The translations under genes were made by a program, and so were the position numbers. Shown piece after piece: positions 27,100-39,171 of a stretch of DNA of 64,000 nucleotides (within the stretch, counting starts at the first letter, position 1; every line of letters starts with the position of its first letter). Under the pieces are notes generated by a model, which ran no database searches, was not told the DNA's origin, and saw nothing but the letters and a program-made list of their open reading frames with translations. This DNA comes from Takakia lepidozioides (Eukaryota; Plantae; Bryophyta), in NCBI GenBank assembly GCA_030704615.1, contig CM060734.1, forward strand, positions 13,950,001-14,014,000, read 5' to 3'.

Positions 27100-27959
27100 T
27101 GATTTGATTCTTGAAGCTTGCAGATCTTGATTTTGCAGAGGAGGCTACTGTTGCAATTCATCGTCTCACTGGACGGGTGCAAACATCTCTTTCTAGGTGC
27201 GAACCTCTTCAAAGCAAAGGCTGCTGCCCACTTCCAACGATTCTTGGATCTGGAGGCTATCCACATCAGCATTTCCTGCCTGTCCGGCCCCAAGCCCCAT
27301 TGTTTTCCCCTAAAAAACATGTTGTAACTGGATTGCTGCATGATTGACCTCACAATGTCCTCCATTGTTGCAGTGAGGATGTCCACAAGATGCACTGCTG
27401 AGGAGGCACGTCATGAAGAATACCCAGATTCGGCCATGTTTGTTGTCGGCATGTCAGTGTCGTAGTTGAGACACAGATCCTGCAAATGCACATTCTTAGG
27501 TTAGAAGCAAGATACAAAACATTGATAAATCATAACCATAATGTTGTTGCAGACGTGAAATCTGTCCAAAATGATAATGCCACCAAGCAAGCCAACTAAC
27601 CATTGCACCGACATTTTTTTTCTGTACAGCACCTGAAGTTGTTCACCAAGCTCGTATACATGCAAATTTTGTCTTTGCATCATCCAAAGTGGGAACATTC
27701 CTCCATGTAAGACACATATCCAACGATGGTCCCATCTGAAACCTGCTGGCGCCACGAGTTTGGTTGTGTAGTGCGACAAACTTTGTAGAAAATGGAACCC
27801 ATAAGATCTATCATTTCCTTCCATTATAACATTCGAGTCTTCCCCGTACACCCTTCGGACTGCAACCCAATTTGCTTGTGCGTTGTCCGCCATGAAGCCG
27901 CGGAAACAATGCTTGGGCAATCCCGCCCTGACCATCTGTTCATTTATTCCCTGCCATAG
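27100..27959 (-). pseudogene. MULE transposase fragment, close relative of element A
   Basis: LWQGINEQMVRAG..FRGFMADNAQANW..GFHFLQSL; intron; DTDMPTTNMAES; HLVDILTAT.EDIVRSIMQQ..GKQWGLGPDRQEML. Confidence 0.88.
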
Positions 27960-30500
27960 TGACGAGCCCTGAGCGCGCGCGGTCAGGGTGACGGCATATT
28001 AGCTAAGGGGCCGTGGTAAGTCACGGTGTAGGTTGGGCTCACCGAACCGCCTACCCGACTGTGGTTAGTGCAGGGGGTCCGTGGTCGTAGATGGGTGACA
28101 ATCGTTAACTAATTCCTACCGGCAAGACGGAGTGGAGTACTCCCTCTCACAGGGCGAGTTTGCGTTTTCTAAGTCCTACGGAACTACTATTTTGTCGGTT
28201 CAGTAACTGCCTTCCAAAGTCTTTTATTAGCTAAGTCCTACTGCCTAAGCCTCCGAGCCGCCTATAGCCGAGATGCATTTCAATCCCTTCACAAGGCACC
28301 TACCAAGCCTAGGGAGAAGAATGGTAATCACCCTCTCCCAATGCCCCTCCTTCTCCGGGTGCTTGAGTTCAAGTCACTCCGCTCGAAGGGCCAATCCTTC
28401 CCTGCCTTGGTGCCCAAGTAATTTGTTTTAGCACAAGAGGGGGGCCATAACACCTATCACAATCCAATAGGTAAAAAGGGTCCAATAAGGTCACCCTAGG
28501 TGGCTTCGATTAATAAGTCCAATAAGTTCAATAAGTTCCCCTAAGTTCTATAAGTTAAATCGCATTTAAGCCTATTTAGACATTTTCGCAAAAACAAAAT
28601 GCAGGAAAACAAATAATATCAGGAAAATCCAGAAAATACCTCCCATGTGGGGGATCCAAAGATGCCTTTTGCACCTAGAAATAACCTTGAGAACCCCTGG
28701 GGAACTCCTTGGGAACTAAGTTATAACCTGGGAACGCCTGGGGGCCGTTCCCTGCCACGGGGAACTGCCGTGGCCCTGCCAGATGAATGAATCTTGTTCA
28801 AAGTTCATCCCTTCCACTACATTCATTAGTCCAAACCATGCATGCTCAAATAATAAAATAATCCATGGTAGGTCCAAGCCATATTTCACCCTTTTATATT
28901 ATTTTAAGGGAGCTGGTGCGCTTTCCCTCATTGGAAAAGGTCATTCCCTACCTTGGGCTCTTACACAATGGGTCACTGTAGCCTAAATTTTAGGATAGAA
29001 TACTTTTGCTCCTCCCCTGTCTCTCAAGGTCTCAGCCTCTAGCTCGAAGCTCATAGATCCGTTCGGCTCCCTCTCTATGGCCTCCCCAAATCCTATATTT
29101 TATCTACCATGGGAGCCCTGGTATATAGGCCCCTAACCCTTAAAGGGGTGCAAATTAAAACAAATAGCTAAGGGTAAGAGTAACCCCCCTGAAGGAAATC
29201 GCAGCTGTGTTGCCCGCCGGATAGACCGCCCCCACCACGTGGTGGGCATGGCTCCGCGCGGAGCGGTCTCGCTAGGGACCGCTGCAGTTAAAGCCGGCGA
29301 CCGCCGGTCTGCCAACAGTATTGTTTATCCAGCGGGTAAAAGACCCGCGCCCTGCTTACACACTTCAACGCCTCGTGCCTGGGCCACACGCGGCTGGTGT
29401 ACTTGAACTCAGTACGACTAAGGTCAGCGCTGGGGCCCGGGCCTGTATATCGCGGCTGGGCCACCGCTGCCTCCACGCTTAAGTAATTGAGTACCTAGCT
29501 TCTAGGCGCAGCACCCGGGATCCTCCCAGGCTGCTCGCGGCTATGGGGCAGCTGCTATCAAGCAAATTTAGCCCGCCCAAACCCCAAAACAAAAAAATAA
29601 CAACTCCCCCCTCCCCTAGGCCTCCACGGCTTGCTTGGGGGGGGGACAAAATTAGTACATAACAGGCCTGATGGTGGCCTTAAATCCCAGATCCAGCCTG
29701 CTGTCCTCTTTTCCAGAGCAGACTATATTCCAAATTAGTAACAAATCACCAGACTCTTTCTTCAGTGACTTCTAATATAAGCTTCAAAAACTCTCAATTC
29801 AAATGGACTTATGGGACCAACCCCTTGTCAATCATAGATTTGAAATAGAGGAACTCCACAATACATGCTCCTCCTTTAGAGGGCCTAAATCAGATTTTCA
29901 ACTTCAAGCTTTTGCTTGGAAAACAAATGAATCAAATAGATAAGTGGTGAATGGGAAGATAGGGTCAACCTTCCAATGTGTGAGTGCTTGGGATGCTCTA
30001 TCGACTCGTGTAATGGTACTCTACGCGGTCCACTCTTTGGTACTCGTCCTTAGGTCCATACCGGCCCTCCGTACTCGTCCTCAAGTCGTCTTCTTCCACA
30101 TTAACTTGCCCTTCTTCCCTCACAAATGAAAATGGCTCAAAGGCCTACAAAGCTAGGACTCACCCTTAGCTTCTCAAATGCATTCCTAACTAGGGAGCTT
30201 CAAGCTTCACTCCTTAGGACCTAGGCTTCCTCAAGCTACAAACTAGCAAGCATCTAAAACACAAAGCAAGAGGAAACTATACAAATGAACTAGGTGAAAA
30301 ACAAGAAAGGCCTTGCTCTTCTTTTATATTGTTTTTGAGCCTAATAAACTAATGAGAAATATTCATTGAACTATTATATCCTTGAAGGATCTATAGTTTA
30401 ATATTCAAAATGGATGGAAAATCTTAGAGGCTAATTGTCAAGTTATTTTACCACTAGTGTGAAACTAGCTAGGAAATAGCTAACTTTTACATATTGATAT
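27960..30500. mobile_element. LTR-like non-coding insertion that truncates the MULE fragment
   Basis: Abrupt junction starting TGACGAGCCC in the middle of the transposase. No ORF; composition resembles a long LTR. Other end not identified. Confidence 0.4.
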
Positions 30501-30508
30501 TTGGGATT

Positions 30509-33500
30509 AAACTGATATGGATGGATCTTTTGTGGCCAAATCTGGTCCTTGGTTATATGCCCTTGAATGTTTACCTATTTTCCAAAACGGTAAGACATTG
30601 GTAGATGCGAAGAGAATGATTCAGGCATTGTATTCAAGTCGCTTTAGGATAAATAATACCAAAGTAACCTGCAGGCCTGATGGGATGAGCAATTCGGATT
30701 CTTTGTGTTTCCTATGGATGATTGCATGGCATGTAAATCTGATTACAACCTGTTATGGTAATGATTTCCCTACCCCAGACATAGAACTTGGTCTTGGGGC
30801 ATGGAATAAGAGGTGGGAATATTACTCTACCCTGTCATTGAAATTACACACCAGCCCCAGATCTAAAACAGATCAGGGGGCAAAAAAACATGGGGTCAAT
30901 AAGTGACTTGATGTGCAAAGTTAGGGCAGCTGATTACCCCCTGTTGTATAAGCTGCCAAATATCAGTCCGTAAACCCTGCTTTGGTGATGTTCTTTATGT
31001 AAAGAAATGCTCTTATTTTGTTCTTAAGCCTTCTATGATCATAAATGGCTTCTTTAAGACAAACAGACATTTCCAGCCATGAACAGTGATCAATGGATCT
31101 TTATTTGGACATGGATACTTACTGCTCAGTCACTTTGGTATGTCCCATGATACAAAGAACCCAAAAAACTATACTAGTTTTTGGGCCAACGATAAATTAG
31201 GATGGTTGGTTATGCTTTGTATGTAAGCTGACCAAAAAATACAGACTGAATGACATGGCATGTCATGAATGGCACTTTTTAGCATGCCGAACAACGGTTT
31301 CCTGCTATGAACAGTGGTAATCGAGTCTCTAATCCCCCCCCCCCCCACCCAGAGACTTCGTTGACTTTGAAGTCTGGGATTTGTCATAAAGCTGACTTGT
31401 GAATGAAGAATGGTTGATAATGAGGCCGATTTGTCGTTCATTTACAATGACCTTGTCAGGGTCTTTGTCCATGTCTCGACGAGACATAAGTATCTTCCCT
31501 CTGATTTAGACCAGTGTACTTGGTGGTTCTTGTACACATTATCAACCAATCTCCCTTCTGTTTTTCAGTTTTATGTTTGATTTACTAACACCTTGGTCTG
31601 AGCATGACAAAAGGTATCAAATATGTTCCTGATTGAAGTGATGAACCCAAGGCAATGGGAAGGCCAAAGTCATGAGATATCAGCCTCCTCTCCCGCCATG
31701 ACCACGGTGTGGAGCAAGCAAGTCCTTCATAAGGTAAGATCTTCTCCAGCATTAATATGTTGGCTAATTGGGCATGGAGAGTAAGGCATCCTTGAAGGTA
31801 CCTGAGATAAGCATAGAGAACATACAGGGCTTATGAATGCTGAAATTTTGAGCTAGGCCTCGGTAAGACAGCTTGCTGGAGTAGACGTGTACACCTAATA
31901 TGATCCGGTCAATGCACATTACTTTGTTTGCCGGTCCCCTGTAGCCGATGCCTATGTCAGATTTAGATACCTTACGATAAGAATGAGTTCCATTTCTTTG
32001 GCTCAAATGTTTCTATGTTTCTCCTGGTTATGGCTTTTGCTCTTTATAGCACCATAAAAAAATACCCAATATGATATGCTGCTGGTAGATGTTTTGTCTG
32101 AATATAACCAGGTGGTAAAACCCCTGCCAGACTTCATTACCTAAGTCCCAATACCTGCCCCCTTTGGTTTTGTACACATGTTTTACCCAAAACAAGGGGT
32201 GGGTAAACACTAAAAGTTTGATATAAGATTTCCCGATTGTTACTTTATGACAATCATTAGGGCGACTATCTCTTGTTCCCTATGGCATACTGATGTGACA
32301 ATGGAGCATGATATGACAAGCTGATGGCTTTAAAGAATTTATCTGGGTAACATGCTACAATGTAGGGCAGACCTGTTTTCATGACCAGACAGTGTTCTTG
32401 AATGTACAAGCATTGGAAACTTAGCCTCTTTTAGAAGCCGGTTACTCTAGGACACTTGATACCATGCCAAACTGATATGGATGGATCTTTTGTGGCCCAA
32501 ATCTGGTCCTTGGTTATATGCCCTTGAATGTTTACCTATTTTCCAAAACGGTAAGACATTGGTATGCGAAGAGAATGATTCAGGCATTGTATTCAAGTCG
32601 CTTTAGGATAAATAATACCAAAGTAACTGCAGGCCTGATGGGATGAGCAATTCGGATTCTTTGTGTTTCCTATGGATGATTGCATGGCATGTAAATCTGA
32701 TTACAAACCTGTTATGGTAATGATTTCCCTACCCCAGACATAGAACTTGGTCTTGGGGCATGGAATAAGAGGTGGGAATATTACTCTACCCTGTCATTGA
32801 AATTACACACCCAGCCCCAGATCTAAAACAGATCAGGGGCAAAAAACATGGTTCAATAAGTGACTTGATGTGCAAAGTAGGGCAGCTGATTACCCCCTGT
32901 TGTATAAGCTGCCAAATATCAGTCCGTAACCCTGCTTTGGTGATGTTCTTTATGTAAAGAAATGCTCTTATTTTGTTCTTAAGCCTTCTATGATCATAAA
33001 TGGCTTCTTTAAGACAAACAGACATTTCCAGCCATGAACAGTGATCAATGGATCTTTATTTGGACATGGATACTTACTGCTCAGTCACTTTGGTATGTCC
33101 CATGATACAAAGAACCCAAAACTATACTAGTTTTTGGGCCAACGATAAATTAGGATGGTTGGTTATGCCTTGGTATGTAAGCTGACCAAAAAATACAGAC
33201 TGAATGACATGGCATGTCATGAATGGCACTTTTTAGCATGCCGAACAACGGTTTCCTGCTATGAACAGTGGTCACTTATTGACACCATGTTTTTTGCCCC
33301 ATGATCTGTTTTAGACCTGGGGCTGGTGTGTAATTTCAATGACAGGGTAGAGTAATATTCCCACCTCTTATTCCATGCAGCATATCAATTGGGTATTTTT
33401 TATGGTGCTATAAGAGCAAAGCCATAACCAGGAGAAACATAGAAACATTTGAGCCAAAGAAATGGAACTCATTCTTATCATAAGGTATCTAAATCTGACG

Positions 33501-34371
33501 TAACGCATCGGCTACAGGGGACCGGCAAACAAGAGTAATGTGCATTGACCGGATCATGTATTAGGTGTACACGTCTACTCCAGCAAGCTGTCTTACCGAG
33601 GCCCAGCTCAAAACTTCAGCATTCATAAGCCCTATAGATGTTCTATGCTTATCTCAGGTACCTTCAAGGATGCCTTACTCTCCATGCCCAATTAGCCAAC
33701 ATATTTTTGCTGGAGAAGATCTTACCTTACGAAGGACTTGCTTGCTCCACACCGTGGTCATGGCGGGAGAGGAGGCTGATATCTCATGGCTTTGGCCTTC
33801 CCATTGCCTTGGGTTCATCACTTCAATCAGGAACATATTTGATAACCTTTGTCATGCTCAGACCAAGGTGTTAGTAAATCAAACATAAAACTGAAAAACA
33901 GAAGGGAGATTGGTTGAATGTGTACAAGAACCACCAAGTACACTGGTCTAAATCAGAGAGGGAAGATACTTATGTCTCGTCGAGACATGGACAAAGACCT
34001 GACAAGGTCATTGTAAAATGAACGACAAATCGGCCTCATTATCAACCATTCTTCATTCACAAGTCAGCTTTATGACAAATCCCAGACTTCAAAGTCAACG
34101 AAGTCTCTGGGTGGGGGGGGGGGATTAGAGACTCGATTACCACTGTTCATAGCAGGAAACCGTTGTTCGGCATGCTAAAAAGTGCCATTCATGACATGCC
34201 ATGTCATTCAGTCTGTATTTTTTGGTCAGCTTACATACCAAGGCATAACCAACCATCCTAATTTATCGTTGGCCCAAAAACTAGTATAGTTTTGGGTTCT
34301 TTGTATCATGGGACATACCAAAGTGACTGAGCAGTAAGTATCCATGTCCAAATAAAGATCCATTGATCACT
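30509..34371. repeat. Local direct and inverted duplication complex
   Basis: 30509-31318 is repeated at 32469-33272 (offset 1960). 33271-33378 is the reverse complement of 30799-30907. 33377-34371 is the reverse complement of 31085-32082. Confidence 0.9.
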
Positions 34372-37300
34372 TGTAGTGTGAATGCAGGGGAGTGACATTA
34401 CATTTTGTTTACCATTACAACCTGCATCACTATGAAGGGAGTGCCCGTCATCCCAACTGCAGAAAGGATGTATCCCTTCATGTAGGTAATTTCATGAGCG
34501 CACTGAGCTTATGCTTTGCCAGGAGAAAAATGGCTAAGTCATGACGGTACTTATTTTCATCCATGCGATGAACGTTTTTCATCACTGGTTCTTGACCTAA
34601 AAGATCGCGGGTTGAGAAAAACGAAGAGGAAGATGACGGATGGCTCGTAGCAGCTGTTGCAAGCAGTGGTGTCGGCAGGGCAGCCTGTGTTAGGAGGTTG
34701 TACCTGCGCTGTGGGATCTTGCTTGGCTTAGGAAGCGGCATTAAGACGCCTCTGCTTGGTATTTCTGTGTAGAAAAAGCGGTGCCGCCTCTCTCGTAGTG
34801 ATGATCAATTCCATGAGATAGAAGCATGTGAGGAGAGCGGCGCACCACCACTACCGCTAGTGCCTTGAAGATGACAGTTATGGGCAGATGAGCAAGCAAG
34901 GAAAAGGCCAGGTGCTGAAAGCACAGGGAAGAGAGTCTGGGCACAATCAATGGGGGGGGAGGTAAAGCATGTGGAGTGCTGGCTGTATGGTATCTCAGGT
35001 TCTCTGTCATCAAGCTTCTAGCTGCTTTGTGTCTCCTTGTTATAGGACCAGGCCAATTCATGAGGAAGGATTGCATAGCGTAATCTGGTTGTCAAGCCAC
35101 GGGATGGTCCAAGTGAAGAAGGGGAGCCTTCATGGCGTCATAAGGTTTGGAATCAAGACAAAGAGAAAGGGTTGAAGTGGCTGCTGACGGGCAATGGCAA
35201 GGTGCCACCTTGACAGGCAGACCGCCGCTTCACTAGTGGATAAAAACAGATAAGTCTATGGACAGTAGCCTTTTTTTTTGGAGCGACTTAGAAATTGCTT
35301 TGGTAGATTTAGGACTGCCATCTTGGCAGAAGGGAAAAAGGTGGAGACATGTGACAAGAAAAAGTTTTTGAAATTGGAATGGAGACTCTGGACTTCAAAC
35401 CAGAACGTGGAAAGGATGGATGCACCTGATGTTGTGACAGTGAGAGAAATGAGTGAAGAGAGAGAGAGAAAGAGAGAGTATGTTTGTCACTGAATTCAGA
35501 ATGGTCACTGTTGTCTTCATTCTTGCATTCTGTTTCAGTGTCATAAACCTGGACACCATGCTGCCGTGTGTAGTGATACACTGGAACCAATGTAGATCTG
35601 GCTTGTTTGTTTGGAGAGATCAATGATGGTTAGCTGGAGCTGCAAAAAACATGGAAAGGATAAAGTGATTCAGTATGGATCAGGATCTGAACAACTGCGT
35701 TCCACAGTTGAAGGGAAAAAGAGGGATGTTGGGGTATTTGGGTTGAAGTCTGACAAAGGGGATGAGAGCTGTTTGAGCGATGGGTTCTTGGGAAAAGGGC
35801 AGTGTGAAGGGCTGAACATTGACAGACAGACAGAGAGGCAGAGCAAAAGGGACAAGAGAGAGAGAAAGAGAGAGAGACTGATGGATGGGATGGTTGTGTC
35901 TTGAGAGACCGAGGATGACTTCAAGGCTGGCTGCACTGGATGCCTAGCAGAGTGTGCATTTGCATTACATGATAGATCTGCTGCTGTGAAGTAGTGGGGA
36001 GCCTGCGGACATAGACAGAGATAGAGAAACAGACAAAAAGGGGAAAAGAAAGAGAGAGAGTGAAAGGGGATTTGGGTAAGGAGAGAGCTGCAAATCAAAA
36101 GGGCTGTTGGGGGGTTGGCCAATTTGGGGAGATGAGATGAAGAAAACCTGAACCCTGAAAGAAACCAGTGCCCCTGCAGACCATGAAGATCTGAGCTGCC
36201 TCCTCCTAAATCTGTGTCACCACTACAAAAGGGGATTTCCGACCTGTCACTGCTCAAGTGGGCTTCACATAAAGGATCGTGTTTACCGCTGCCGCTGATT
36301 GCATCACAGAAAATATCGTGCTAACATTGTTGGCACCGTGATCATAGGGCTAGGCTGTTGAATAGAAGTAGAACCGAGAGCAAGAACAATTGAAGACTCC
36401 CCATCCATGTCTTCTCTTCCGCTGCGGCGTGGATGAGGATTCCGTGAACTCTGATCACGAACGTAACTGAGGGAAAACCCATATAACCGTGTGAAGATGG
36501 TTGGACAGGAAAAGAACGCTCCTCTCCCTTGCCTGGACAATCAGCTGGGAAAAGGGGGGGAAGTAGAGGGGAGTACCACGGATTTAGGATTAACCAGAAG
36601 GGGATTCACGCCCCTTCTTTTGGTATCAGAGCCACGCTGGATCTTGTCTGAGAGATGTAGGTTTTCAGTGTAGCAAGATAGGAGAGTGATTTGCGAGCAA
36701 TGGTGACTAACATTCCATTTTACGGAAAGAAGGATGAGGATGTTTGCAGCTGGATCCAGAATCTGAAAAGGGATGGTGAGAGGCGGAGCTTTGACGAGCA
36801 CAAGTTATTTATATCGGCAAGGCTAAATCTCAAGGCACGGGCTGACACTTGGCATCGAATGCAAAAACCAAGGTCCATGAACTGGCATGATTTTCAAGTA
36901 GCCATAATCTTGAAATTTGGAGAAGAAGGTCAATCAAGTAAGAGTAAAGTGATGTTAGCAAGGAAGTTTGATGGGATAGATACAAATGTGGAAGAGTATG
37001 CTACAGGAATGGAAAAGAAATTGTCTCTGATTGAGAAGGATACTCACAACAGGTTCACACCTGTGAGTTCTATTGATCATGAACCTATACCAGATCACAA
37101 AACCATGTCACGGAGGTGCTTTAGGGAGAAGAACCAAATCAGCGAAGTCCATGCAATGCTTCCTCGAGTTCTCAGCTTGAACAGCACAAAGCAGCAAGTA
37201 GAGTGTTGCACTGCATGTCCATCAAGACAGAATCAGATCCGAAGTGAAAAGAATCACCGGCTGGGGCTGCAAGTGGGAACATGTGGAATGCAAGATTCAT

Positions 37301-39171
37301 GCTGTGGAATGTTTGAACAATGGGAATCGAAGAGCAGCAGAAGGATGGAGTGCAAATGTGTAAGCTCTCTTGGCACAAACGTTGTGAATGTGTTTTGTGA
37401 TGAGGAAGGAGAGATCATGGAAGACATCTTTTGTTCAACAGAGGATCAATCAGGTGTCAATGAAGAGTGTACACCTAGATTGCAAGTTCCTGTGCAGTTC
37501 CCAAGGTCTTATATAAGGGCACATGTAGGGCAAGACATACCTGGGGAGTTTGGGCATGATACCACCAACTCCCCAAGCAATAGTGGTACAACCGGTGAAG
37601 TGAGTGTCATAAGAGAGGAAGATGTCAAGGAGTCTTGGACAGATCTGATGGAATGGGTGGAGGAAGAGTGTACATTGCTTGCTCAAACTAGACAGGATAT
37701 AGATCAAGATGCACACCTAGATCAAAACATACTTGGGGAGCCGAGAGAAGTTGCATCTTGATTAAGAACAGACTTGGTGGAGAAGGAATTAAAGGTGAAA
37801 GAAAGATGCACGAGATGACGTTGTAGCTGCCCTAGCCCTACGGAGAGAAACTGAAGTCCAGGTGGAGAACCTAGTCATGGAAAATCAACATTTACGGTTG
37901 GCCCTTGAGAAAGCTGACCGAGAGCTGAGTGGGGACAAAGAAGAGTGCGTGGATAAGCTCCGTGGTGATAACAAGCATCTTCAGGCAGATGTGCAACGGC
38001 TCCAGCTACTTTTGGAGTCGAGTACGTCATCAGTCAATGACATGTTCATGGGGACACCAGGTACCCTAATTCAGGACAAAGAAGAGGAAATAGAAGCTTC
38101 TTTGGATGTTGGACCATTGACAAATGTTGGGAGAGATGAAGGGAACATGGAGTATCAAGTGTTGGAGGATTCATGCAAGGGAGAGGCCCTGCAGATTGGA
38201 GAAGAAATCTGTCTAAGAGGAAAGAACTTACAGATCACTCCAGTGATGGAAGAAGTGGTGAAAAGGAGCCTGGAAGATCGAGACCTGACAACACCTAAGC
38301 TTGCACATGATGACATGAAAAGTGGAGAAGTCATTAGGGCATGCAAAGGGGCCGAAAACCATGTGTGGAAGCCGAGAGTTTGGACATGCGAAGGCTTGCA
38401 TTATGTGGAAGAGGGTCACAAAGAGAAGATGCATGACAATAAGGAGGTTCTTCCGGGAGTAGATCCGCCAAGAAAAGAGGGCAAATGGTGTCAAAAGTGG
38501 TGGCAAGGCACAAGGAGATCATTCATTGCTGACTGCAGCATACTCAGGTTCACAAGCTGTGTACCGAAGTGTCAAGGACGGAGAAAGGGTGCTAAGGCAT
38601 GGATACGACATGCTATCTTGATGGTAATTATGTGCTGCAGGTGCCTATGGCAAACAGTGAAGAACTGGTTGGAGCAGGCCATGCTAATGACGATTTTGTG
38701 CTGCCAATACATATGGTATATGCAGCTCAGCAATCTGAAGCAAGGTTGTAAAAGAATGGCTGGCCCTGGTGGAAGATGGAAGCAAACATGGGCAGAGAAA
38801 GGACCTGCATACACACCAAGACACCAGCTCAAGAGGGGAGCTGCCTTTGGCGTGTAATTTCTGTGGACATACCTGAAGGAGTCAGAGATATACCAGCAGA
38901 GGTAATTCAATATAGAGGCAATGATCTTTCTACAGATGCTGGAAATGAAGGGGGGCTGCTATTTCATGAGCGGCATGAGCATGAGCGGAAAAAAAAAAAG
39001 CATGAGCAGACCATTGTGAGTCCACGGAAATAGGGTTAGGAGGCACGGAAATAGGGTCATGTGAAGTTGGAATGTGGCACCAGTGGACTTGAAATGCAAC
39101 ATTTTATTGCAAATTTTGTGGCAAGCCACGTCTATACAAGTGTGTTCTAACTGTCATAGCCGGAATGGGCA

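Noticed and set aside
34372-36620. 5' LTR paired with sequence after 52415
   Set aside because: Both begin TGTAG but share no further similarity, and the segment does not end in CA before the PBS.
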